A DNA stretch of 64,000 bases from an uncultured Clostridia bacterium (lineage in GTDB: Bacteria > Bacillota > Clostridia > Christensenellales > DTU072), in assembly GCA_944349735.1 (NCBI GenBank), contig CALVNM010000002.1:242-64241 (forward strand), given 5' to 3'. Both the position numbers and the translations under genes were made by a program. The notes under the pieces are model-generated. The model was given only the letters and a program-made list of their open reading frames with translations, made no database searches and was not told the DNA's origin. This document shows, piece by piece, positions 41,073 through 49,476 of the stretch (within the stretch, counting starts at the first letter, position 1; each line of letters begins with the position of its first letter).

Positions 41073-41100
41073 ATTATAACAGAGAGCAACAAAATTGCAA
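41073..41100 (-). promoter_or_regulatory. candidate strong promoter of the giant-lipoprotein operon
   Basis: The minus strand reads TTGCAA - 16 nt - TATAAT with a perfect extended -10 (TGtTATAAT). Confidence 0.55.
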
Positions 41101-41212
41101 CCGCTTTCCGAATTTTTTACCCTTAATTTATTATTATATAAACTGAAATTATCGTTAGGCGCCCCTCGCATGCGAAATTCTTTCACTCTCACGCGATACT
41201 GCTCCTTTTCGC

Positions 41213-41241
41213 TTGTCAATCTCCGATAATTTTGATAATAT
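41213..41241 (+). promoter_or_regulatory. candidate promoter of the GNAT gene (possibly giving a leaderless mRNA)
   Basis: TTGTCA - 17 nt - TAATAT with TGa before the -10. The -10 ends 6 nt before the A of ATG 41248, and there is no Shine-Dalgarno sequence. Confidence 0.4.
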
Positions 41242-41247
41242 ATTGCT

Positions 41248-42237
41248 ATGTATGTGCAAGCGCTGAAAAATCTCCATAAGATATGCTTCGGCGACGGAGA
41301 CGCGTATACCGATTTCTTTTTCTCTGAACGCTATCCGGTAGCGAAAAGCTATGTCGAGGAACGCGACGGGCGACCCGTCAGCGCGGTTTACGCACGCACT
41401 TTTGAACTCGACCTGATGGGCAGACGGCTTAAGGTCCCGTTCTTCACGGGCATAGCGACCGACCCCGCTTACAGAGGACGGCACCTTGCGACCGAACTTA
41501 TTTCGAGAGCCTGCGCCGACCTTTCCGACGAGGGCATGCCTTTCGTGCTGCTGCATCCTTTCAATCACGATTTTTATGCAAAAATGGGCTTCGGCACAGC
41601 CAACAGAATGTCGTGGTTTTCGCCCGCGCCATATGCGCCGAGCGACGGTATCGACCGCGCCGCACGCCCATTATCGGCTGACGACGCCGAGGTCGCATAT
41701 GAGCTTTACCGCGTCTTCACCTCAGGCGCGGCAGCATACCGTTCCCGCTCGCGCGACGAGTTTGACAAGTCATTCAAACAATTTCTCAAAGACAGCGGTT
41801 CGGGTTACCTTATAACTCATAGCGGTATCCCTAAAGCTTATGTGCTAATCGAAGACAACACGGTCTCGGAAGCGGTTTTCGCCACTTCCGACGCATTCGA
41901 CGGCATCGAAGAATGCCGCTCGCTCAGACTGCCGTTGCACAATGCGCGCGGCGACGCTTATTCGATGGCAAAAGTCCTCGACCTACGCAGTCTGTTCCTA
42001 CTCCTCCCCTTGAGGGGAGTTACTGTAAACGCGCGCTTCGGGTACGGCGGTAAGACGTACGAACTTAATATCGAAAAAGGCAATTTCGTTTCGCTTGCGG
42101 AAGCAGACGGACCGGCATACGAAGTCTCGGACGCCGAGCTTATCGAAATTGCGCTGGGAGGCGGTGCCCGCCTGAGGGGTAATCCCCTTGCGGAAGTCTT
42201 CCCGGAATACAATCTCGTAATGTTCGAGAAATACTGA
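41248..42237 (+). CDS. Eis-like GNAT N-acetyltransferase (GNAT + central + SCP2-like C-terminal domain layout)
   Basis: 329 aa. Acetyl-CoA motif ...FFTGIATDPAYRGRHLATELISRA..., then ...LLHPFNHDFYAKMGF.... Length and organisation resemble the Eis family. Confidence 0.75.
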   Translation: MYVQALKNLHKICFGDGDAYTDFFFSERYPVAKSYVEERDGRPVSAVYARTFELDLMGRRLKVPFFTGIATDPAYRGRHLATELISRACADLSDEGMPFVLLHPFNHDFYAKMGFGTANRMSWFSPAPYAPSDGIDRAARPLSADDAEVAYELYRVFTSGAAAYRSRSRDEFDKSFKQFLKDSGSGYLITHSGIPKAYVLIEDNTVSEAVFATSDAFDGIEECRSLRLPLHNARGDAYSMAKVLDLRSLFLLLPLRGVTVNARFGYGGKTYELNIEKGNFVSLAEADGPAYEVSDAELIEIALGGGARLRGNPLAEVFPEYNLVMFEKY

Positions 42238-42256
42238 CATCCAAGGAGTAAAACCG

Positions 42257-43468
42257 ATGAGACAAGTCGACCACAAAAAACAAAACAAAATATTATGGAT
42301 AATCATAGCCGTAATATTGAGCGTATGCATAGTTACGAGCGCGATACTGTTCTCGATATATTATGTCGATTCCAGCGTCAAACCTCAGGTAAACGACAAT
42401 GCCAAGAACGTTATACTTCTTATCGGCGACGGCATGGGCGAAGAGCATATCAAAGCCGGAGAACTTTACGAAGGCGCATTGCTTGCGATGCAGAAATTCC
42501 CCGTTCAGGGAGAAGTCGTCACGCGTTCTCTGACGCCTCCTTTCACCGATTCCGCAGCTGCGGCGACGGCGATGGCTACCGGAAACAAGACCTATAACAG
42601 CCGTATAAGCTACAAGGACGGCAAAAATCTCACCACCATAGCCGAAGAAGCCATGGCAGCCGACAAGAAAGTGGGCATCATCGCCACCAAGAGCGTGACG
42701 GACGCGACCCCTGCGGCATTCCTCGCTCACGCCAAGAAACGCGATATGTCCGACGAGATAGCCGCCCAGATAGTGGCGTCCGACGTGGACGTCCTCTTCG
42801 GACTGAACGACGATTCAATGCGCGCGCTTGCTTCCTCGATAGCTACCGATACGCGCGATTATTGTACGAGTTTCGAAGAGATAGCGGCGTCTTCCTCAGA
42901 GAAGATATTCGGTCTTTTCGACGAAGCCATACCCACTCTCGGCGCGAACACACTCTCCTATCTTACCGAAAAAGCGCTCAGCACTCTTTCCGCCGATAAC
43001 GACAACGGTTTCTTCCTCATGGTAGAAGGCTCCAAAATCGACTCTTACAGCCACGACAACGACATGGAAGGTATGTTGAGAGAATTGAGAGCTTTTGACG
43101 ACGCGGTATCCACCGCGAAGAGCTGGGCTGCCAAGAACGGCGACACTGCGGTCATAGTGGTAGCCGATCACGAGACCGGCAATCTCAAGATCCCCGATGA
43201 CGCCACGATGGAAGATCTTATCGATTACGAAAAGAGCAACAATTGGTTTAAATCCACGATGCACACCAACTCGAATGTCAGATATTTCATATATAACGTA
43301 GGAACGGAACCCGTCTACGGCGACGTACCGACAGGCACTTTCGACGACGACGGCAATCAGATCTACGAATCCGCTATCACTTCTTACAAAGAAGAACAGC
43401 TCAAAGACTTCCCGGACAAGATCGACAATACCGATATATACCGGCTGGTCAAGCAACTCCTTTTCTAA
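42257..43468 (+). CDS. membrane-anchored alkaline phosphatase
   Basis: 403 aa. N-terminal TM ILWIIIAVILSVCIVTSAILFSIYY. VILLIGDGMG; nucleophile motif FTDSAAAATAMATGNKT; ...VEGSKIDSYSHDND.... AAGGAG RBS. Confidence 0.92.
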   Translation: MRQVDHKKQNKILWIIIAVILSVCIVTSAILFSIYYVDSSVKPQVNDNAKNVILLIGDGMGEEHIKAGELYEGALLAMQKFPVQGEVVTRSLTPPFTDSAAAATAMATGNKTYNSRISYKDGKNLTTIAEEAMAADKKVGIIATKSVTDATPAAFLAHAKKRDMSDEIAAQIVASDVDVLFGLNDDSMRALASSIATDTRDYCTSFEEIAASSSEKIFGLFDEAIPTLGANTLSYLTEKALSTLSADNDNGFFLMVEGSKIDSYSHDNDMEGMLRELRAFDDAVSTAKSWAAKNGDTAVIVVADHETGNLKIPDDATMEDLIDYEKSNNWFKSTMHTNSNVRYFIYNVGTEPVYGDVPTGTFDDDGNQIYESAITSYKEEQLKDFPDKIDNTDIYRLVKQLLF

Positions 43469-43528
43469 GAAGTCGCTGTCGCGCGGCACTCAGATTCAAG
43501 CAAGAATAATAAGGAAAGGTATAAAAAT

Positions 43529-45199
43529 ATGGATAAATTGATGAACATCACGGTAGGCGACATGCTGAATAACATAGCTAAAAAATACCCTACCAAACTC
43601 GCGGTGAAATATATCGAAGTTAATTACACCCGCACATATTACGAATTCAACAAGGAAGTTGACAAATACGCCAAAGGCTTGCTCGGTATGGGCATCCGCA
43701 AAGGCGACCACGTGGCTGTATGGGCGACCAACTATCCCGAATGGCTGATACTGTTCTTTGCTACCGCCCGTATCGGCGCCGTACTTGTGACGGTAAACAC
43801 CAACTACAAAGAAGCGGAACTCGAATATCTTCTGTCCAACTCGGACAGCAAAGCGTTGTTCATCTGCGACGGTATCAAGGACATCGACTGCGAAAAGATA
43901 ATATATTCCGTATGTCCCGAACTCAGAAAGTGCAAGCCCGGCGAACTCAATAACGAAAGACTGCCCTTCCTGAAATACGTCATCTCCTTCGACAACTGGT
44001 ACGAAGGAATGTATAACTGGTCTCAGATCCCCTATTTCGGCGTTCTGGTCAGTAACGAAGAGTACAACGCGGTCAAGCATTCCATCGATCCGGACGACGT
44101 GGTTAACATGCAGTACACTTCGGGCACTACGGGCTTCCCAAAAGGAGTCATGCTTACGCATAACAATATCGTGAACAACGGTATGGCTATCGGCGACTGT
44201 ATGAAATTCACCACGAAAGACAAGCTCTGCATTCCCGTGCCCTTCTTCCACTGCTTCGGAATGGTCCTTGCTATCATGGCGTCGGTAACGCACGGCGCGG
44301 CAATGGTGCCGCTGCTGTGGTACACCCCCATGAAGGTCATGCACGCGGTGGAATACGAGAAATGCACGGCTGTACACGGCGTTCCCACTATGTACATCAG
44401 GATGCTCGAGCACCGCGACTTCGCTCGCTACGATTTCTCCTCGCTCCGCACCGGGATCATGGCAGGCTCCCCATGCCCCGTCAAAGTCATGCAGGACGTT
44501 ATCGACAAGATGAATATGAAGGAGATAACCATTACTTACGGACAGACCGAAGCAAGTCCCGCCTGTACGATGACCACCGTCGACGACAGTCTCGAGAAGC
44601 GCGTTGCGACCGTAGGTAAAGAGCTCCCGTTCATGGAGACCAAGATCGTCGATCCCGAGACCGGAGAAGATCTCCCCAACGGACAGCCCGGCGAATTCGT
44701 GGTACGCGGTTACAACGTGATGAAAGGCTACTACAAGATGCCCGAAGCTACCGCAGCCGCCATCGACAAGGACGGCTGGCTCCATACCGGCGACATCGCC
44801 ATCAAAGACGACGACGGCTATTACCGCATCACCGGACGTATCAAGGACATGATCATCCGCGGCGGCGAAAACATTTTCCCGAAAGAGATCGAGGACTTCA
44901 TCTACACTCATCCGGACGTGGTTGACGTACAGATCGTGGCGGTCCCCTCTCAGAAATACGGCGAAGAAGCGTACGCGTTCATCATCAAGCGCGAAGGGAG
45001 CAAAGTCACTCCGAAAGACATACAATCCTATGTCGCCAACAATATGGCTCGACATAAAGTTCCCTCCTATGTCGAATTCATCGACAAGATGCCCATGACG
45101 GCAAGCGGAAAGATACAGAAATTCGTACTCCGCGACATGGCGAAAGAGCATCTCAACGTAAAAGGCGACAACTTCGTTTACGTCGATTCCGAACAATAG
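43529..45199 (+). CDS. AMP-forming acyl-CoA synthetase / fatty-acid-CoA ligase
   Basis: 556 aa. AMP-binding motif YTSGTTGFPKGVMLTH; ...GYGQTE-like ITYGQTEASP; ...TGDIAIKDDDGYYRITGRIKDMI...; C-terminal ...SGKIQKF. Confidence 0.95.
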   Translation: MDKLMNITVGDMLNNIAKKYPTKLAVKYIEVNYTRTYYEFNKEVDKYAKGLLGMGIRKGDHVAVWATNYPEWLILFFATARIGAVLVTVNTNYKEAELEYLLSNSDSKALFICDGIKDIDCEKIIYSVCPELRKCKPGELNNERLPFLKYVISFDNWYEGMYNWSQIPYFGVLVSNEEYNAVKHSIDPDDVVNMQYTSGTTGFPKGVMLTHNNIVNNGMAIGDCMKFTTKDKLCIPVPFFHCFGMVLAIMASVTHGAAMVPLLWYTPMKVMHAVEYEKCTAVHGVPTMYIRMLEHRDFARYDFSSLRTGIMAGSPCPVKVMQDVIDKMNMKEITITYGQTEASPACTMTTVDDSLEKRVATVGKELPFMETKIVDPETGEDLPNGQPGEFVVRGYNVMKGYYKMPEATAAAIDKDGWLHTGDIAIKDDDGYYRITGRIKDMIIRGGENIFPKEIEDFIYTHPDVVDVQIVAVPSQKYGEEAYAFIIKREGSKVTPKDIQSYVANNMARHKVPSYVEFIDKMPMTASGKIQKFVLRDMAKEHLNVKGDNFVYVDSEQ

Positions 45200-45244
45200 C
45201 CTTATATCGGGCGACCCGAATCCGCAATTCGGTCACCGTAATTA

Positions 45245-45277
45245 CAAAAAAGCGTTCCGTAACGGAACGCTTTTCTT
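45245..45277. terminator. bidirectional terminator between convergent genes
   Basis: AAAAAAGCGTTCCG-taa-CGGAACGCTTTTCTT. Confidence 0.85.
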
Positions 45278-45287
45278 GTTCGTAAGT

Positions 45288-46994
45288 TTAATAATTCTTG
45301 ATTATGTCGTAACTTTCTTCTATCGGATTGACTACGAGAGTATATCTTCCGCGCATAAGGCGCAATTCGTTTCCTCTGCGTTCCAGCGAAAATTCGTCCG
45401 AGAAATCTCTGTGTATCCCGCCGAGATAGCGGTAGTGCCCGAGCAATTCGAAGTCCTCGTATCCGTAAGAATAAGGACGTCTGTTGATGGGGTCCTCGAA
45501 GCCCTGCATGCCTATCTCGTCTCCGTAATAAACGGTCGGAAGACCGGGAAGGAAAAACTGCAACGCGCTCGCTATGCGTAACAGCCTCTTGCCCTTGGCA
45601 AGTTCGTCGGGCGTAAGCCTGTACGCTAGACGCTCCGTTTTGGTGGCGCAGGGCACCGCTCCCGAGAGTGCGGTAAGTATCCTTACCGTATCGTGCGTGC
45701 CGAGAAGACACATCGAAGACGCGAGCGCTTCTTTGGGATAGTTCTCGACTATAGTCATTATTTCGTTAATGAAAGAATCGATGTTTTTCGTTTTGAGAAG
45801 AGCGATCACGGCGTTACGGAATGGATAATTCATCGTGCCGTCCAACTCGTCGCCGAAAAGGTATCTGCGCGCTTCTCCGTAGCTGATCTTTGTCGTCGCG
45901 TCCTCCCAGACTTCTCCTATCACGGCTATATCGCCGAGTTCTTTACAGCTCGCGCGTAACCTCTCGATAAATTCGGTACTCAGCTCGTCCGCCACGTCGA
46001 GACGCCAACCTCTGACCCCCATTTTCGTCCATTTCTCTATAACGCCGCCCTTCCCCGCTATGAATTTCTGGAATTCTTTGCAGTCGCGGCGTACGGTAGG
46101 CACTACGGTCACCCCCCACCAACATGTATATTTGTCGGGATATTCTGAGAACGTGTACCACTTGTAATAAGGACTTTTTTTCGATTGATACGCTCCGACA
46201 GAAGGGTAATGACCGAATTTATTGAAATAAATACTGTCTGCTCCCGTATGGTTGAATACACCGTCCAGGATGATGCCGATACCCCTCTTATCCGCTTCGG
46301 TCACCAACTCGGCAAACTCTTCCTCGGTACCGAAAAGGCGGTCGATTTTCATATAATCCGCCGTATCGTATCTGTGATTGGAGTGGCTCTCGAATACGGG
46401 CGAAAGATATATCGCAGTCACGCCGAGCGAAGCGATATAATCGAGACGAGATATTATACCCTTGATGTTGCCGCCGTAGAAGTCGTTGGCGCGATATACG
46501 CCGTCGTCGTCTGCGACGGTGAGTTCTTCTCCCCAACCTTTGAGGTATCCGTATTCGGGACGTAAGCCGTCCTCTACGCGCGCGAACCTGTCGGGGAAAA
46601 TATGATAGATAACGCCGCCCCTGAGCCAATCGGCGGTCTTGAAACTCTCGTCGTAAACGGTGAGCTGCCATTCGGGGAGCCAATCGCCCGCTACGGCTAC
46701 GCCGTCGGGATTTTTGCCCACGAAAATACACCCTTCCGCGGTATATACCTCGAAACGGTATCTGTAAAGTCCCGGTTCGTCTACGGTAAAATCGAGAGTG
46801 TAATACTTATACTCGCCCGTCGTGCGCTGATAGATCATATCGTAACGCACTGTTTTTTCCCCACGCAAAATCATCCCTACGCCCGTTGAACACGCCGAGA
46901 TGTTGACAGGGAAAACAAGCGACACCTTCCGGTGCGTTCTGACTGCACCGAAAGGCCGCTTATACTCAATATTGCGAGAATCGAATTTAAGCAT
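45288..46994 (-). CDS. GH13 alpha-glucosidase/neopullulanase-type glycoside hydrolase
   Basis: 568 aa. GH13 conserved regions: ILDGVFNHTG, GWRLDVADEL, GEVWED, LLGTHDT. An N-terminal beta-sandwich domain precedes the barrel. Confidence 0.92.
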   Translation of the reverse strand: MLKFDSRNIEYKRPFGAVRTHRKVSLVFPVNISACSTGVGMILRGEKTVRYDMIYQRTTGEYKYYTLDFTVDEPGLYRYRFEVYTAEGCIFVGKNPDGVAVAGDWLPEWQLTVYDESFKTADWLRGGVIYHIFPDRFARVEDGLRPEYGYLKGWGEELTVADDDGVYRANDFYGGNIKGIISRLDYIASLGVTAIYLSPVFESHSNHRYDTADYMKIDRLFGTEEEFAELVTEADKRGIGIILDGVFNHTGADSIYFNKFGHYPSVGAYQSKKSPYYKWYTFSEYPDKYTCWWGVTVVPTVRRDCKEFQKFIAGKGGVIEKWTKMGVRGWRLDVADELSTEFIERLRASCKELGDIAVIGEVWEDATTKISYGEARRYLFGDELDGTMNYPFRNAVIALLKTKNIDSFINEIMTIVENYPKEALASSMCLLGTHDTVRILTALSGAVPCATKTERLAYRLTPDELAKGKRLLRIASALQFFLPGLPTVYYGDEIGMQGFEDPINRRPYSYGYEDFELLGHYRYLGGIHRDFSDEFSLERRGNELRLMRGRYTLVVNPIEESYDIIKNY

Positions 46995-47012
46995 TCAAAC
47001 CGAAATTGGTGA

Positions 47013-49430
47013 TTATTTAACTTTCTTTATGTTCCAAATACGCGACGCGTACTCCTCCACGCTTCTGTCCGCCGCAAAGAATCCCGATTTAGCGGTATTC
47101 ACGAGAGACATTTTCTGGAAACGGTATTTATCCTTGTACGTGCGATCCACGTTGTCCTGCGCTTCCACATAGGACGCGAAATCGGCAAGCACCATATAAG
47201 GATCTGCCGCGGAATGACGACCTACCGTGAGGTTGTCGGCAAGTTCCGCAAAGGACGTTCCCGCTATGCCCGCGCGCAACATGTCGATTATCTGCTTGAT
47301 ACGAGCGTCTTTAGAGTAATACTCGGTGGGGTTGTAGTGGGCGCGCAGTTTTTCCACTTCGTCGGCAAGAAGTCCGAAAATAAAGATATTCTCGTCCCCT
47401 ACTCTCTCGTGTATTTCGACGTTGGCGCCGTCCATCGTGCCTATCGTCACGGCGCCGTTGATCATGAATTTCATATTTCCGGTGCCGCTCGCCTCTTTAC
47501 CCGCAGTAGAGATCTGTTCGCTTATTTCGCTCGCGGGCATAATTATTTCGGCAAGACTTACGCGGTAATTCTCGAGGAATACCACTTTGATCTTATCTTT
47601 GACGCTCTTGTCGTTGTTGACCATCTGACCGATCATATAGATGAGTCGGATGATAAGTTTGGCGATATAATACGAGCTTGCCGCTTTCGCTCCGAAAATA
47701 AAAGTGCGCGGTTCTATGTCGAGATCGGGATTTTCTTTGAGTCTGTTGTACAGATTGAGTATCTGCAACGCGTTGAGAAGCTGTCTCTTATACTCGTGCA
47801 ATCTCTTGACCTGAACGTCGAATATCGACGCGGGATTTATGATGACGTTGTTGCTCTTTGCAATATACTCCGCAAGACGCTCTTTATTCTTGAATTTGAT
47901 CTCCGCCCAACGATCCAGCACGTCTTTGTTGCCCTGGAATTTCATGAGCTTCTCCAACTCGTCCGCTTTGCGTATGAATTTGTCGCCGATAAGCTCTTTG
48001 ATGAAATCGGTAAGAAGCGGATTCGCTTCCGCGAGCCAGCGTCTGTGAGTTATGCCGTTGGTCACGTTGGTGAATTTCTCTGGCGCCACCTTATAGTAAT
48101 CGGCGAAAACGTCCTTCTTCAAAATGTCGCTGTGCAATGCGGAAACGCCGTTAACGGTATGCGAAGCGACGAGGCAGAGATTTGCCATACGTATCTCGGA
48201 ATCGGAAAGTATCGCGTTCTCGCTTATGCGCTTCCAGTCGCCGGGGAAGATATTCCAAAGATCCGCGCAGTATCTCTGGTTGATCTCTTTGATGATCTGA
48301 TAAATACGCGGAAGAAGGCTCTGGAAAAGGCTCTGCGGCCAGCGTTCGAGAGCTTCCTGCATTACCGTGTGGTTGGTGTAGCTTATGACCTCGGTCACCG
48401 TCTTCCATGCGTCGTCCCACGACCAGCCGTAATCGTCGAGCAATATCCTCATGAGTTCGGGTATGCACAGCGTAGGATGCGTATCGTTGATATGGATGGC
48501 GATCTTCTCGGAAAGATTGCTGAGGTCCTTATTATATTTGAGATGTTTGTAAAGTATGGACTGTATCGAAGCGGATACGAAGAAATACTGCTGCTTAAGG
48601 CGCAGAGATTTTCCTTCGATATGGTTGTCGGCGGGATACAGTACTTTGCTTATCGCCTCGGCCATAGCCTTGGCTTCGATGGCTTTGACGTACTCGCCGC
48701 GCGAGAACATCGCCATGTCGAGTTCCACGGGAGCTTTCGCGCTCCAGAGCCTCAGAACGTTAACGGCTTCGGAATCGTAGCCGGTCACGTTCATGTCGTA
48801 CGGCACAGCCATAATGGTGGTATGCCCTTTCTGTTCGCAGATGAGCCTGCCGTTTTCCCAGCGTTCCTCTATCCTGCCGCCGAAACGTACCTCGAATACC
48901 TCGTCGCGCGGATTGAGCCATACGTCGCCCTGCGCGAGCCAGTTATCGGGCATTTCCATCTGCCAGCCGTCTACTATCTTCTGCTCGAATATACCGTAAT
49001 CGTACCTGATGCTGAATCCGCCTGCGGGATAACCCAAAGAAGTAAGCGAATCCATGTATGCCGCGGCAAGTCTTCCGAGACCGCCGTTACCGAGCCCTGC
49101 GTCGGGCTCTATCGCCATAAGTTTCTCTATATCGAATCCGAGTTCCTTGACTACGCTTGTCGCGGTGTCGAGAAGTCCGATGTTATACAGGTGGTTGCGC
49201 AAAGATCTGCCAAGCAGAAATTCCATGGACATATAGTATATCTGTTTGTAGCCTTTGCTACGTACTTTGCTCTTAAATTCTATTCTTTTCTGTGTGATTC
49301 TGTCCTTGACCACGAGACAGAGGGCGCGATACATCATCGTCTCGGACGCTTCTTCGTAGCGCACGCCGAATGTCTTGGCAAGTTTCAGCTCGATGAGTTC
49401 TCTCAACTCGTTCTTAGTTAAACGTGACAT
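47013..49430 (-). CDS. glgP: glycogen/maltodextrin phosphorylase (GT35)
   Basis: 805 aa. ...GLGNGGLGRLAA... and the PLP-lysine motif EASGTGNMKFMINGA. Confidence 0.97.
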   Translation of the reverse strand: MSRLTKNELRELIELKLAKTFGVRYEEASETMMYRALCLVVKDRITQKRIEFKSKVRSKGYKQIYYMSMEFLLGRSLRNHLYNIGLLDTATSVVKELGFDIEKLMAIEPDAGLGNGGLGRLAAAYMDSLTSLGYPAGGFSIRYDYGIFEQKIVDGWQMEMPDNWLAQGDVWLNPRDEVFEVRFGGRIEERWENGRLICEQKGHTTIMAVPYDMNVTGYDSEAVNVLRLWSAKAPVELDMAMFSRGEYVKAIEAKAMAEAISKVLYPADNHIEGKSLRLKQQYFFVSASIQSILYKHLKYNKDLSNLSEKIAIHINDTHPTLCIPELMRILLDDYGWSWDDAWKTVTEVISYTNHTVMQEALERWPQSLFQSLLPRIYQIIKEINQRYCADLWNIFPGDWKRISENAILSDSEIRMANLCLVASHTVNGVSALHSDILKKDVFADYYKVAPEKFTNVTNGITHRRWLAEANPLLTDFIKELIGDKFIRKADELEKLMKFQGNKDVLDRWAEIKFKNKERLAEYIAKSNNVIINPASIFDVQVKRLHEYKRQLLNALQILNLYNRLKENPDLDIEPRTFIFGAKAASSYYIAKLIIRLIYMIGQMVNNDKSVKDKIKVVFLENYRVSLAEIIMPASEISEQISTAGKEASGTGNMKFMINGAVTIGTMDGANVEIHERVGDENIFIFGLLADEVEKLRAHYNPTEYYSKDARIKQIIDMLRAGIAGTSFAELADNLTVGRHSAADPYMVLADFASYVEAQDNVDRTYKDKYRFQKMSLVNTAKSGFFAADRSVEEYASRIWNIKKVK

Positions 49431-49476
49431 TTATCCTCCGGAATTATATTATATCCACCCTTGCGGGTTTTAGTGA

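Noticed and set aside
41166-41175. A 10-bp perfect palindrome, TCGCATGCGA, between the divergent giant-gene and GNAT promoters; considered as a possible operator.
   Set aside because: A 10-bp palindrome is expected by chance about once per kb (4^-5 per position), so tens should occur in 64 kb. Without conservation data it has no support.
41025-41568. Small ORFs 41025..41219 (64 aa) and 41155..41568 (137 aa) in and around the divergent promoter region.
   Set aside because: They overlap the 5' end of the GNAT gene or the promoter region, they lack an RBS, and their composition is Arg/Ser-rich and junk-like.
43496-45196. A 566-aa ORF antisense to, and as long as, the acyl-CoA synthetase gene.
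   Set aside because: It uses the same codon boundaries as the sense gene and stays open only because the sense gene lacks TTA/CTA/TCA codons. Its composition (His/Val/Phe/Asp/Gly/Arg-rich, with no motifs) is that of a mirror frame. The sense strand has textbook AMP-binding motifs and an RBS.
47214-49421. A 735-aa plus-strand ORF opposite glgP. Similar long ORFs exist at 58801..61176, 28240..30030, 11269..12630, 5590..6804, 13857..15029, 24857..26158, 49624..50883, 50911..52008, 53329..54360, 56357..57532 and 12..1304.
   Set aside because: For those I checked by modulo-3 arithmetic, all are codon-aligned shadows of well-supported minus-strand genes. None has a recognisable motif or a plausible RBS or promoter context.
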